A stretch of DNA of 63,981 nt, filler included, from Guillardia theta CCMP2712 (taxonomy: Eukaryota; Protista; Cryptophyta), in assembly GCF_000315625.1 (NCBI RefSeq). It is 9 parts of 9 records of this genome, joined end to end, with 100 filler letters (N's around TTAATTAATTAA, not from the genome) between each part and the next. Parts side by side here need not be neighbours in the genome. Positions count along the whole stretch, not along the records: positions 1 to 23,636 come from NW_005434632.1; 8 more parts are not named here. One strand, 5' to 3'. Shown here one piece after another: positions 10,570 to 23,736 of the stretch (its first letter is position 1; each line of letters begins with the position of its first letter). The position numbers were made by a program, and so were the translations under genes. The notes beneath the pieces are model-generated. The model was not told where the DNA came from and ran no database searches. It worked only from the letters and a program-made list of their open reading frames with translations.

Positions 10570-11751
10570 ATGGGCTGGAACAGTCTACATCAGCTTGGAA
10601 TGGAGGTAAACCGGGTTGATGATATCAACGATGCTATCTACAAGTTAGGAGTCATTGTGGGCGAAAAAACTGATCTGGTAAGTTTCCTTTTGAATCTTCA
10701 AAACTTCAAATTCATTTTGGATCACCATGTGTTCAATTGACATAAAAATGAGGGAGTGACAACGTGCATCGATGTTCTGTGATAGTTTTCTTGCATCACT
10801 GTTCGCACGAAAAAGTTGAAAATCACTATGTGACAACGCTCCTGAGCTCCTGTTCTTCTCTCAGACGGGAATGTCGCCCCTTCACAAAGCGTGTCAGTAT
10901 GGCCGTGTACAGAATGTTGAGAAACTCATAAACGAGGGCGCTGATGTGCTGGCGACAAATGACGTATATCCTTCGGTTCTTTGTCGTGGTTTGCCACTCA
11001 TGCTTCTCTCAGTGGGGTTCTTCAGCGCTTCACTGGGCTGTGAAAGGGTGTATTCACAATCAGAACGAGCAAGGTTTCAACCAGCGAGGTATGATCGACT
11101 GTTTGCAAAATGGGTTTGACGTGGTATTCACAAGATTACGTGGAGATCATTAACCTACTGTGTTCGTCCTCTAGGAGGCTCCTTGAAATGAAAGATGCGG
11201 TATATGACGATGGCCACGGTCCAGCATCATACGCGTTGACACTACATTTCATCTCTCAGACAGGCATGACTGCAGCTGAACTTGCTAAGAAATATCAAGA
11301 CAACGTTCTCCAACAGGTGATCTTATTATCCAACGACAAGCCCAACACTTTTGTCAGCTGTTAGAAAAAAAGGTTGAAAACTTGAGGAATGAAAGAGAAA
11401 AAGCAGGTCAGTCAAGATCTATTGAGATAATACAGGAAGATCTAAGCTTCGTTACAGAGGAGAAACGGATCAGGAACAAGCCCAAGGTTCGGAGGCTGTG
11501 AATCACGTTGCCCAAGCACGATGCCCGGTCTCATGTCGGTTTCACCTTCATCGCAAGCTTGGATGAGATACAAAGTGATTCGGAGATTCCTTTTGGGGAC
11601 TTCATGCTTGAACGTCGTGGCGCTTTCTGCACGCACGGTGCTGCGAGCTCTCTGGTGGGTCTTTCCATCGCTACGATTTTCATGCGGACTCAACCAAGAT
11701 CAGCAAAGCATTTTCGAATATGGGTGCATTAACAAGTTCGTTTCAAATTAA
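10570..11751 (+). CDS. Ankyrin-repeat protein, multi-exon (boundaries approximate)
   Basis: GWNSLH / GMSPLHKACQYGRVQNVEKLINEGADVLATND / WGSSALHWAVKG / TGMTAAELAKK ankyrin motifs separated by short introns. Confidence 0.75.
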
Positions 11752-11911
11752 GAGAGTGGAGCTATTTCTAAGAGAAAGAATATTACAATGTGATGAGCCA
11801 CAAGTCGACTAAACTCAATTGACTGGCGTTATCGAAGCAGGAAAGTAACATGTGCATCAATTCACTACGATACCAGTTGCACAGTTGAAGCTGTACAGGC
11901 TCGCCATATCA

Positions 11912-12268
11912 TTACATAGATGCGCTGCGTCCTATGAAGCTGTTGTAAAGCTTGCGAGAAGGCTGAGCATTGAGCTTGATCTCAATGTACTCGCAATCGG
12001 TACAATCGCTAATGGCTGACTGCAGTTTTTTGGAAGAACCCCCGAAGCTTGCTGACCTTTCACACCCTCGTTTGCCTTGTGGCGATTCAGGTATAAACAA
12101 CGGGCTTGTAGCAAAAGACTCGCCGTCTTGCAAGCTCAATTCACTCAGAATATCTTCAGGATAGAATGTGTCGCCAGCTTGATTCTGCAGAAACTCCAAC
12201 AAGGAAGGTCTTTTCTTGTTCTTCAAAGGGTCAGCAGAAGGGAAAGAGGAATGGCTGTCGACGCTCAT
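11912..12268 (-). CDS. Small hypothetical protein (118 aa)
   Basis: ATG-initiated, non-repetitive ORF downstream of a C-rich promoter-like tract (minus-strand sense). Confidence 0.4.
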   Translation of the reverse strand: MSVDSHSSFPSADPLKNKKRPSLLEFLQNQAGDTFYPEDILSELSLQDGESFATSPLFIPESPQGKRGCERSASFGGSSKKLQSAISDCTDCEYIEIKLNAQPSRKLYNSFIGRSASM

Positions 12269-13160
12269 GACGGCGGGATGGAGAATGAGAGCACAGCAGA
12301 AGTGAGATAAGACCAGGGTGAAGGAGCGAAGAAACTTGAGGTGAGGATGGGACGGGAGGAGTCGAGCAAAGACTTGAGAGGATGGGAGCGGGTAGCAAGC
12401 CCATGGGTTTTATTGTATAATCTTGCGAGATGGGTAGGGTGGGGGTATGGATCTAGAGTCTTTATGGCGGGGTGGGTATTTATGGGATTAAGGTAGGGTG
12501 GTTGAAGGATATGGGAGGGTGAATGTTTCTGAAAGGGGTGGGTGGGTGAGGGGGTGGGAGGGCAGGAGTAAAGCACCACAATCCGTCAACGGACATTCAG
12601 GCCGCCAAGTCACAAGGTTGATCGGACTTTGAGGCAGGAGTTAAAATGGTTTCAATAGGCACTCTAATATTTCAAAGTTTAAGCATGTGTCTTCGAGTTA
12701 GGTTGCTTCAGGCAGGCTGATGAAGCGGTGGCATTTGCGTACCAAGTTGATCCGCCTGTCGCCGTTGGATGTACCACGGGGCCACTAGTGACTTCTTTAC
12801 TCAAAGTTAAGTTAAAAAGCGGCCACTAGTAGTACTGAGTTCCTCCTACCGCGATTCCGCCAGAGGAGGCGAGGTAGCTGTCACGACACTCGTGACAGTC
12901 AAACTTCGCCTCCAACCGTTGCACTTTGACGTCACAAGAACTTGAGGCTTCCTGCTTCCGCTGTCACGCCCTCGTCGCCCGTGACACTACCGGGCCGGCA
13001 AGTGACGGACCGGGCCGCTCAGTTGCGATACCCGGTGACCGCCGGGCCGCCGGGCGCCGGCGACGTGGTAGTGCGATTATTTGAACTGAACTGTGTGTGT
13101 GTATGATGGGGAAGAAAAAGCCTGGAATGGGCCAAGCAAGGGGAAGATGAAGCTGCGGGG

Positions 13161-13718
13161 ATGACTGCGAGCAAGCGAGGAGATGTGCTAAGCGAGAAAG
13201 TCGCCAGACTCCGAGAAAGGCTGCAGACTTGGAACGAGCCAGTGCGACATGAGAGGCTGCTGTCTGTGCAGGAGTCAGGAAGAGTGTTCTCCTCACAGGG
13301 AGCAAGGATTTCAGAGCTTCTCTGGCAAGCCAAGACTCTAGACAAGAAGGTGGTGGATCGGATCATTGTGAAGCAGCTCGCCTATCATCTCGCCAATGAT
13401 ATCACAGACCAACAACCGACAGACACCACGTCGCGAACTGATCGAGGACGATTATCGCAGACAGCCATGCGACTGCGAGTGAGACTTGGAGCAGAAGAAT
13501 TTCATCAGAGGATGAAAGATAATTCTCATTGCACCACATATGACTTTATAGACTTCATCTCGAAAGAGATGTCCTCCAACCGTCAAATCCTGGGTGGTTC
13601 ACCCATGTATCAGAGCAAATCACTTGGTATTGCTGATGCGACGAGCGAGTCAGCTCTGCGGCATCAAATCGAGGAATCGAGGAGATTACGCACAAGAAGC
13701 GAGCGAGTTTTAAAGTAG
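13161..13718 (+). CDS. Hypothetical protein (185 aa)
   Basis: ATG-initiated ORF of normal composition, convergent with RAD21. Confidence 0.5.
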   Translation: MTASKRGDVLSEKVARLRERLQTWNEPVRHERLLSVQESGRVFSSQGARISELLWQAKTLDKKVVDRIIVKQLAYHLANDITDQQPTDTTSRTDRGRLSQTAMRLRVRLGAEEFHQRMKDNSHCTTYDFIDFISKEMSSNRQILGGSPMYQSKSLGIADATSESALRHQIEESRRLRTRSERVLK

Positions 13719-13775
13719 CTTCATATACAAAGTGTGTATTTATCAACGACTAGAGTGAAATCGTCAAGGGTCTGC

Positions 13776-15852
13776 TCACAATCTCACTTTGTACTTCATC
13801 AGCTTGTCTTCCGCTTGAATTGCGATGTCTCCAAAAGCATTCTTCTGGTCAAGAGAAACAAACCCCTTCGCGTGCAAATTAAGTAACTCAAAGAAAGCGA
13901 CAGCAGCCGTGTGCTTGGAAGGAGCTGCAGACTCAGGGGTTCGTATCATCTGAGTGAAATGAAGTGGCTGCACTGATTCACGTCGTTTGAAGTTCTTCTG
14001 CAGCATGAGGATCACCTTCTTGGTTCGCTCCTGATGCTCTTGCACTCTCTCCTGCCCAGCTTCGCCCTCTTCCACCTCTACATCAGGCTCATACTCGTCA
14101 AAGATGTTGCTGGTTGCCAAGAGCGCTTCACGGTCCTGCGACAAGTCGGGCTGAGAGACCATCGGCTCGGCCATAGAATCATCCAAAGGAGCTTCAGGAG
14201 CTTCAGCTTGCTCTAACATCTCTTCGGGGAAAGCTTCTGACTCCATCGGGAATTGACTTTGATCCACCATCTCGTCCTCCGCCTCTCTTGCTCGCACCTT
14301 TCGCTTCCTGGAGCTTGATTGTTGTATCTCGTCTTTGCGTGTGGGATGGTCAGCCATGAACTTGCGCAATCTCGATCCCAAATAACCGCTGGCACGATGT
14401 CATATGTTTAGCAGCGAATCAACCAAACTAACCTCAATGGCTCCTGTGCAAGCATTGATACGAGCTTGTTTCTCCCAAAAGCATCCGAGTTTGCAAGCTT
14501 CGCTTTCTGATCATACACAAATTAACAGAACTCATCCAGTCTGAATGCTCATTAAAACCTCGCAAGACTTTTTGGGGTACTGGCAAGGGTCTCGAACAAG
14601 GTCGCTCGCATTTTCAAGCCATTTCACACGGACTTCCTTTTCAAGCTCCGTCTTTTTGTCCATCTGAATGTCTTTCTTTCGCCTTTTGCTCGCAAGTCTG
14701 CAACAAGTTATCCTTGGAACCGCGTTCTGTATTTCAACCTTTGCCGTTTTGAGTCGAGGATAGGAGTATCCAATTCTAAGCCAACGCTAGCTTGCGACAT
14801 CCGGATAGGCGTGGGAGGAATAGATCCTAAGGAAGGCGGATGCAGCTCTGATTCTCGTGCTGGCGCTTGTTCCGGGTTGAACTCAGGCAGGTCATCTTTG
14901 AAAGCTGAAGTCAAAGTAAGAGCTCAGAAGAAATAACGACAGACAAGAACCCGACTCCTCCATGTTCACGTCCAATAGGTCATCCAAGTGCCCTGCGCCG
15001 TCGCTGTCCCTCCTAATCTCAGGCTCCTCGTCCTGCTCCTTGAGTTAAAGAGCGATAGAGTCACGAGGACCAGCAGAGTACATCGCGTGGGAGCTCGGGA
15101 GAAGCAGCGTCATAGTTGATATCAAGAGGGTTGTCGCCTCCTTGAATTGCCCCGCCGAAGAATAGAGGGTCCTCGTCCTCAAACCTGACGACATGCCCTC
15201 AGGTTTGCTGCTGTGCAGACAGCGTTGATACCTCGCGGCCTCCTCTCTCTGTTCGACGATCACATCGGGCAAGGTAATGTCTGCTGAGGACATTTGGCTG
15301 AAATTCACCCTGCGGGCCACTTACAACTTTCACACACTCAATCTCCACTCACTCTGAACCCAACCAGTCTGCATCAGTCAGGTTGAGCTCCAAGTCTAGG
15401 TCGATGCCCGAGATCCCAGGGTCTTCAAGCGTGATTGCCTTGATCTGTGCTTTGCTGCTCACGGGCGCCAGGTCAACGTTACTTGGGCGGAAGGCCTGGC
15501 AAAGGGCTCACAGACCACTACGGGAGTGGGTTGGGGATACCAGCGTGATCTTGGAGAGAGCTTCGTTGCAGTCGGTAAAGAGGAACTGAACCTTCCTTGT
15601 GTAGATTTTACTGAGGCCAACAAGCAGGTGACTGCTCAATCGCAAGGCCATCTCTTGCTCTGGGTTCTCTATTTGCTCTGCAACTCACTATCAGCGACAT
15701 GGACCGTAGGCAGTTTCCTCACCAGCAGTCTCGCAAATGTTTGTGTTCAAAATTTGCAACTTGGTTAGTTTCTTGGCGACATCATGATGGGCTGCGATCC
15801 ATATGGTCCCGAGAGGACCTTTTTTCTGAAGCACGTTTGTACTATAAAACAT
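13776..15852 (-). CDS. RAD21: Cohesin kleisin subunit Rad21/Scc1 (Rad21/Rec8 family), multi-exon
   Basis: N-terminus MFYSTNVLQKKGPLGTIWIAAH...MALRLSSHLLVGLSKIYTRKVQFLFTDCNEALSKI. C-terminal winged helix SKHTAAVAFFELLNLHAKGFVSLDQKNAFGDIAI. Confidence 0.92.
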
Positions 15853-17702
15853 GGTTCACAACTTCTGGCAGTCGGGCCTCAAATAGGCATAGACCCTGTC
15901 AAGAATATCAGTGAGAGTGTGAGAAAGGAACACAAGTAAGCTCCAGGGAAATCTTCTTCCTTTCCTCGACTTATCTGATCTTATCACCATTCAATACAGC
16001 TATTCCAGTGGATTGAAGGACTATCGCGAACAATGCTAGGGTATCTATGTTCTTCTCAGCGTGGCTCTGTATCCATCGCAAAATGGCTGTTTCTCTCTGG
16101 CTCTCTCTCGTGGTCTTGCTTCTTTCATCACGATCATGATCGCATGCTAACTTTCTGCTCCTCCCGCTCTCCTTCCCCTGCACCCTTCTCTCGGCCATCG
16201 CGCGGGAAGCTAAGGGCATCGTACCTTCACCCTACCTCGGATCCTGATGTGAGAATTCAAACAGACCCACCCATTTCTGTGAAAAAGTGAGGTAAAAGTA
16301 CCGGTACTCCGTAGCCCCCACCCCACGGCCTGAATTCCCATTCAAACCAGTTTTACAATGTTTTCAACAAAAAGGTTTTAATTTTGCTGTACAATTTGGG
16401 TTAATAGTTGATTTTTATAAGTATTTAATCCAAAAATTGTATGGACCATCAGTGTCTCTACCAGATTAAGACATCGTAACAATATTATTTTCGCACAAAT
16501 AAAAGCATATTTAATTTCCAGCAAGTTATCTAAATGAGATTCGATACGACATGTTTGTAACTAATGTATTTTAAACTGTACCATGAATGGGTAGGGGTCT
16601 ATTCAACTCTTCTCAAAAGTATTATAAACTCATTCACGTAACCGTCGATGAACCGACTAGTCTAAGCTCCTTACGGGAGGGGTGGGTGGCCAGAGTGGTG
16701 AGGAGGGGGTGGGAAGCAGGTTCATTTTCTTTTTAGAAAAAGTCTGAGGGGGGGTAGGGTCCGTCTTCCCCGGAATGTTCTTCTGGGGTGGTGGGGTCCT
16801 TCAATTTGGAAACGGTCGTTTTGTAACGGTCAGGTTTGAACGGACTGAGCGTGTACCCACCAGGGTTTGAGATTTGAATGCTATACCACCCCTCCTTCTG
16901 ACCCATCTTAAACCTCTAAAAGACGGGTAGAAAGCAGAGTACCCACCCTTTGTGCTCTACGTCTGGGCCAAGACAGGATTTTCGCCATGACCAGTTCAAG
17001 TGTTGAGGCTCGTAGCAGTTGGTGGGGGAGAGAGAGACAGAGAGACAGAGACAGAGAGACAGAGACCGAGAGTGCTGATGGTGATGAATGATGAAGCGAA
17101 GAAAGACTGGGCAAGGTAACCAATGGCCCATAGAAAAGGCATCAATGTGGTGATGAATATGTCATGACAATCGCATCATCATGTGCAGAGTAGACATTGG
17201 ATCAAACAAGTTGGCCCTAGTCGAGATAAAGATGCGTTATTGTACATGTAGATTCGGAGTTCGATGAGAGAGACGAGATGTAAGCAGGATATGCATAGCA
17301 AATTATCAAGAATCAGACAGGAATGTTGAGTTGAAACAGTTGAGAATCTACAGACTGAAGACAAAGCCCAGAAAGGGGGGTGGGGATGAGAGTTGAAATA
17401 TGACTATTCGAGATTGGGGGAGAGGCAGGCGATGAAAGAACTTGAGATGTAGTACAAGGACTGTCAAGCCTCTTTTGACTGGCTGTAATGGACCAGGCTC
17501 CCAAGAGTTTTGTCCAGCTGTTGGAGGTCGAAGGTCAGAGGCTGAGGGGAGGTGGCGGCCTCGCATGCTTCCTTCTGGTTCTCATGCGAAGAATCAGCCC
17601 GTCAGGAGAATGTGAAGAGGTCTTGAACTCGTCGGAGACGTCTTCCCGGCTGATGCGCGTACTTGCCCTGTGACGGCACAAGGACTCTCGCATCTGTCGC
17701 TC

Positions 17703-20514
17703 ATGACAAGCAAGGAACAAGAGACCAGCGTGGTCTCGCTTGTCCAACAACTCAAGGCAGGCAAGTTGACCAAAGAAGAGCTGTATGAGAGTTTGAGCAG
17801 GTGAACAAAGTTTGCTTCGCCTCGCTTCTTCCTTTCTCTTGTCCCTTGCTCACTTGACTTCTGCACCGTGACAGGCTGCGGAACTCCTCTCAAGACTTGA
17901 CTGCAACAGATCCAGGGAGCGTGTCGTCAGGCGGGCCTGTCGGCAGAAAGAAGATAGAAGGCGAGGTGCAGGAGGAATCGAGAATATCTGGGGGCGAAGG
18001 TGACTAGAAGTTTGCTTGACCTCCGAGTCTGATCTGTCCTGCTCCGACGAACAGAAGATCTTGTTCGGAGAGCGAAACTGAAATATGGCAGCAGTGCGAG
18101 TGACGAGCCCGTCTCTTCGTACAGATCGCGAGAGGACTTGCTAGACCTGGTCGAGCATTCTGATGACTTCGATGCCAGCGCTCCCATCGTACTCTCTGCC
18201 GAGAGGGCAGGCAGAACGGAAGGAGCATGGACAGACCAGCTCCTCTCCTCTACTTCCTCACTTGCTCGTCCGTCCTCCGCTCCTCCTCAGGGACGGCACG
18301 AAGAGATCTTTGGCAATCAACCAGAAGCTCAGGCAATTGGGAGTAGAGTCAGGTCAGCTTTGCTCAAGCACTCCTCCCTCCACTCTCCCGCTCTACGTAC
18401 GAAGAAGACAACACACATTAACCCCGTGGCTTTGTCTGCCCGAGGCCCAGGTAGCCGTGGATGCCGCCCATACGTTTAAATGGCATTCAGATCCAAAGAC
18501 GTTGGCGAGAAGGAAAAAGATCGAGGAAGAGAGGAAGAAGGAGTGCACCTTTCAACCTCAGCTGTATTCGAGCTCTTCGACGCAATACCTCAAGGTGATG
18601 ATCAGGATCGATTGAGCATGTCTGCTGAAAAGGATGACTTACAGTCTTGTTCTGGTGGTCACAAGAGCATCTACGAGCGGCAGGTCAACTTCTCCTGAGA
18701 CTTAACACCTAAACAACGTGACGAGCATGCAGCTTGCTTGGCAGCGCCGCAAAGAAGACGCGATTGAGAGCAAGCGACTGGTGACCGGAATGCGCAGCTG
18801 CCTGCTAGGCGATGACGCGATGCCTGATGGACAGGAGCTGGAGAAGGAGAAGGAAATTGACTGCACCTTTCGCCCCATGACCAGCCAAAGGACGGAGTCC
18901 TTCCTCGGTTTCCCCCGCACTCTGCCCTCCATGACCTGAGCCCCTGGCAGGTGAGCTGGGAGGCCTGTCCAGCTCGAGGGTTCTGGAGGAGGAGCGAGTG
19001 GTGAACAGGCTGTACGATCACGGAGTAGAACAGAAGAGGCAGCTACAGGCTCAGCTCAGGGAGCGACTGAATAAGGAGATAGAAAAGATCTGTACTTTCA
19101 AGCCGCAGGTGAGGTGCAGCTGGGGGTGAGCAGGTGGTGAGGTTGAGCCCAGGTGAACCCGTCAGGGAAGAGAGACCCTACACCCGTGAGAAGCAGGTAC
19201 ATGGACATAACCCCGCGAAAGAATGTCAGCATGGAGGAGAGTCACTTGATGCGAGAGGAGAAGGAGCTGCTTGAATGCACCTTCAAGGTTCATTTTGTCC
19301 CCCTCGCCTCCTGCACTCATGGCCTGAGCAGCCTCGCGTGAACAAGCCATCCAACGAAATGCAGGTTGCCAAGGAGTATCTTTCTGAGCCAGCATGGCTT
19401 CGGCTAAGGTCTCTTCCTCTCTTCCTCGCTTTCTGTGGCTTTGTTCCTTGCTCTCACTGCAGTGTCAGTCGTCCTCGCCCTGTCTCGCCTCAGGTCTCAA
19501 CTGAAAGCTCAACAAACATGAGTAGCAACAAGAAGGAGAAACCTCGACCAGCTAGTGCTCCAAAGGTTCCTCCTCCTCTTTCTTCACCACCACCACTGAC
19601 TCGCTCACTCGCTTACACAGTCACGACCCAACACGAGCGTGAGCAGCGAATCGTCCTTCGACGCATTCTTGGAGCGGCAGGAGCAGTTTGTGAGGAGGAT
19701 GGAGTTTCACATGGCGCAGAAGAGGCAGCAGTCGCTTCCCACGCATCCGCGCTCGCTGCTGTCGGAGAGGTCCAAGCGGCTCATCGACAAGAAGGTCAAG
19801 AAGGACCCGAAGATGGCGGGGAGCTTCCTCGATCGGTTGGAAGCGATGATAGACAGGAGGGAGCAGACGCGGAGGGAACAGCAGGAGAAAGCAGATGGGG
19901 AGCACAGCTTCAAGCCCAAGATCAACCGAGCTAGTCGAGAGCTGCGAGGAAGGTCGTGGCACGAGATGAGCTACGGGGATATGACAAGGCAGGGAGAAGC
20001 CCAGCTTACCGTGAAGAGAGACGTGGAGTACCGTAACACCTCGCTCTACACCTACAAACCCCAGCTCAACGCGGTCCCTGGGGTGGAGAGTCGACTCAAG
20101 ATCAGCTCTGACCCCCACAATTACCTCGCTCGCGTAGAGCACGAGCAGCGTCGAGCCCAGCAGGAGCAGAGCAGAACCGCACAGGAGCTGCGAGAGAAGG
20201 AGCTGGAGGAGTGCACGTTCCAACCGCTAATCCATGAAGCGCCTGAGTTTGTCAAGAGGATCGCACAAACTCACAAGAGGAAGAAGATGGTTGAGGCGAT
20301 GAGGAAGCAGGTGGTACCTCTCGTCCCCCTCCCTCTCCCTCTCCTAATGGCTTCCTCCCTCCCCTTCCTCCCTCTCTCCTGTATCTTCTCTTGTTGCAAC
20401 GTACTCAAGCTGCCGCAGGCTTCGATAGAGAACGTGCATCCTGACTGGAACAGCTCGGTGGCTGTGGAGGAGAAGAAAGCAGGTGGGGTGAGGCGGGCCC
20501 AGTCCTTCGCGTGA
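17703..20514 (+). CDS. Coiled-coil protein with repeated (E/D)CTF(K/Q/R)P motifs, multi-exon (may start further upstream, ~16988)
   Basis: ECTFQPQL, DCTFRP, ICTFKPQV, ECTFKPRVN, EHSFKPKIN, YTYKPQLN and ECTFQPLI occur across exons. Confidence 0.7.
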
Positions 20515-20569
20515 CTTCGGCGAGATGTAGAGCTAGCGAATGTTATTGAATGTGATTAACTTAAGCAAG

Positions 20570-23500
20570 CTAAACCCTAAACTTAAGCGAGCTCACGGGA
20601 CAACCTATGGGAGCTAGCTGTGTCCTTGCTGGGGGTGGCCGACATCTCTCGAGCTTCTGTGTGAAGGTGAGCAAGCAGCTGGAGAAGAGGTGGGAGCTGA
20701 CCTGGTAGAGACATGAGGTGGCCGTGTGGCGAGGAGATGCAGATGTCGGCAGCGAGGCGGGGAGAAGGAAGGAGAGCAAGGCGAGCCTTGTCAAGGATCC
20801 TGGTGGAAGTGAGAGGGGCAACGGAAGTTCTTGCAGGCGAGGGACCTTCGCATCTTGCTCCTCGGAGTGACTTGAGGATGGGAGGCCCTCGGCTGCTGGA
20901 AAAGAGGTGGGAGCTGCTCCAAGTCACCGCTGGCATGAGAGACCAGGCATGAGACCCCTCCTGGGCTTCTGCTCAGCAGTCACTGAAAAAGGAGAGGGGG
21001 AAGGAAGGGGAGCTGCCAAACCGAGGAGGAGCCTGAAGGCTTCCGTTGGAGTAGATGGAGATCGTCTCCAAGAGATCCTCTCGCGTTCTCGCCTTCTCCC
21101 TGCCCATGTCTTCCCTGTCATTGCTTGCTGGCATCATCGGTTGCGAGCGACTTCGCGCGTTTCTTCCATGCTCGTCAGCCCTGGTTGATCTCAGCTGTCG
21201 GATCTGAACAGAAGGTGAGAAGCGTCGATGAACAACATTGACCCTCCACCTCATGTCTGAGCTCTGCCATCGCCTCCATCACATCCGCGTGTACCTTGAA
21301 GCAGGTCAAGATCTGTCCTGCTTTCGCTTCACGACTCACATCAAAAGAAGTCTTCTCCTCCTCAAGGCTGGCGATCCTCTCGCTCAAATGCCGGATCTCC
21401 CCCGTGATATCCGCAAGCTGAAGAATGATCAACAAGGAGAGGATTCGAGAGGGGATGGTAAGAGAAGGGAGAGCGAGCATTGAAGGGAGCGAGGAGATGA
21501 ACGAGGAAGAAGACGACATGAACGAGAGGAGGAGGATGCAGGTAACCATCTCGATGATCTCGTTACAAGGTTGCGAACTAGAAAGGTTGCGATCGGGAAG
21601 CCTAACGGCATCTCAGCGAGAGGAACAACGAGCAGGAAATGGATGATGGCGAAGATTACAAGGAGAGAGGCAAAGTGAGGGGAGTAGGAGGAGTGAAAGA
21701 AGAAGAGTTGACCTTAGCGAGGGGATCTGCAGAGGTTTAGGGTTAGGGGTTAAGTTTAGCCCTGCGCGCGCTTCTTGCTCGGCTTCACATCCATCGCGAG
21801 TTCGGGGAGGCAGGAGTGGCCGATTCAAGTCGGGTCGCGGCATCGCCTCGATCCTGGGAGTTGAGGCGAAGGAGAAGGAGCCGCTTCCTCTGCGAAGCTT
21901 TGCGGGAGCTTTTTGCAGCTGAGGCAGCAGGTGGGTGAAGCCGTTGGAGATCTTGAACCTGTTGAAGTCATGCAGAGCCTTGTAGAAACCTGTCATGGTG
22001 TCGAGCCGATGCTTCTCCAGCAGCTCCGACGGCATCAGCCAGCTGCCCCTCCACCTCCACCATTGCTGGATGACTGAGGCTGCCGCCTCCATCAGCTTGA
22101 GGTGAAGCTGATTCAGATTCATGCGCTTGATCAGCTTATCCTCGTCCCCTGAAAGCTTCAGTGAGCTCGTCGTCGACGCCGTCGTGAGCGCAATGACGAT
22201 GGGGGTCCACGCGATGCACACGAAGCAAGCCATCCTGCCGATGTGAGTGGCGGGGGAGGTCATGCCGTAGCCCGTCGTGGCCTGGGTGAGGACGTTCCAG
22301 ACCTGATCCCAGAAGTACCTGCTGTGATCGACGTAGGCCGGGCCTTCGGAGAGACGGAAGAGGTACGAGCAGGGCATCAGCACCATGATGGTACAAACTG
22401 CAATCACTGCTGGGGGGCTCTTAGACATGGCGATCTTGAAGGAGAGCATGCGATAGCTTGTTCCTCGGTCTTGGCTGAGCTGCTGCACGGACTTTATGAG
22501 CTCGAAGTCTTGAGTGCGGTAGGAAGACTCAAGGTTGAAGAAGAGAAGGTACAAGCTCGCAAGGATCCAACTCCACAGATGAAACAAGCGAACGAGCATG
22601 AGAGCACACATGATGGACTCAAACCGGTAGAAAAGAGGCCGTCCAAGCACGTTCCATTCATAATCATTCTTGTAGAAAGGAAAGGGGTGAATCATGCAAA
22701 TGCCAAGCTCAGCAACTAGCCAGAAGAGCTCTCGCTTTGTTATCTTTATGAGGTGTTCCCTGGCATGAGATCCAAACATGTGGAAGATGTTCTTTTCCTG
22801 CAAACGTTTCTTTGTCTGCTTCAACTGTATCTCCTGCTTGAACCGAATCAAGATTGCAACCAGCAGGCAGATCACTGATAATGAGCACAACGACTTGAGA
22901 ATATTCCCGTACTTCCAATCGCAAGAGCGCGCGTATGCTGAGTTCGACGCTCCTCGTGCGAGAGCTTCTAGCTCAGCTTCGCTTGGAAATTGCGTGACAT
23001 AGTCGGGAGAGACGCAGACTTCGTTGATCAAGATTCCGAGCGCAAGGGTGAGGAGAGACAAGGCTACGACCCAGGTCTGTCGGCGATACACTCCTCGTTC
23101 AAGGGATTGAATCAACTCGCGGTCTTGAGTCGTCAGCTCATTCTTTTCCGATCTCAGCTTCTCGATCTGAATGATGGCCTTCGCCACTTTGCTGCTTATG
23201 TAGCTCCATGTCAGCCATTCAATCCACTAATTTGTTTTCGACAACCTCCTCTCCTACCCTTCTCCGCTTTTCAGTGTCTCCCTTCCTCTGTGACCACCCT
23301 CGCCATTCTACCCTTTTCTATTCTCCTCGCTTTGACTCTCTCCTGCTCTACTGTTCTGCTCTCCTCTTGGGCATGAGTTTACTCTATTCGGTTATTCCTT
23401 TCCATGTCTTTTTCATTCTGTTCCACCGCTTCTCCTTCCCTTCAGGCTTCCCTCCCCTCCCCTCCCCTCCCCTCCCCTCCTCTCCCCTCCCCTCCCCTCC

Positions 23501-23636
23501 CCTCCCCTCCCCTCCTCTCCCCTCCCCCTCCTTCCCTTCAGGCTTCCCTCCCCTCCCCTCCCCTCCCCTCCCCTCCCCTCCCCTCCCCTCCCTCTTCTCC
23601 TCTTCTTCACCTCCTCGATCGTCGGAGCGACTTATG
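20570..23636 (-). CDS. SK/KCNN-like potassium channel (6TM plus IQ-like calmodulin-binding helix); 5' end in gap, 3' exons approximate
   Basis: ELGICMIHPFP, LMLVRLFHL, pore TTGYG, PATHIGR and AASVIQQWWR in ORF 21613-23187; coiled-coil 3' exons. Confidence 0.85.
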
Positions 23637-23736
23637 NNNNNNNNNNNNNNNNNNNNNNNNNNNNNNNNNNNNNNNNNNNNTTAATTAATTAANNNNNNNN
23701 NNNNNNNNNNNNNNNNNNNNNNNNNNNNNNNNNNNN

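Noticed and set aside
16655-16682. CTCCTTACGGGAGG resembling a 16S rRNA primer site, or a Helitron 3' hairpin+CTAG on the minus strand
   Set aside because: No flanking rRNA similarity; the stem is only 4-5 bp and no matching 5' end was found.
23681-23692. TTAATTAATTAA in the middle of N runs (also at 35853, 43266, 48231, 52872, 56216, 59625, 60761)
   Set aside because: Artificial all-frame-stop contig linker, not biological. Adjacency across these gaps is unverified.
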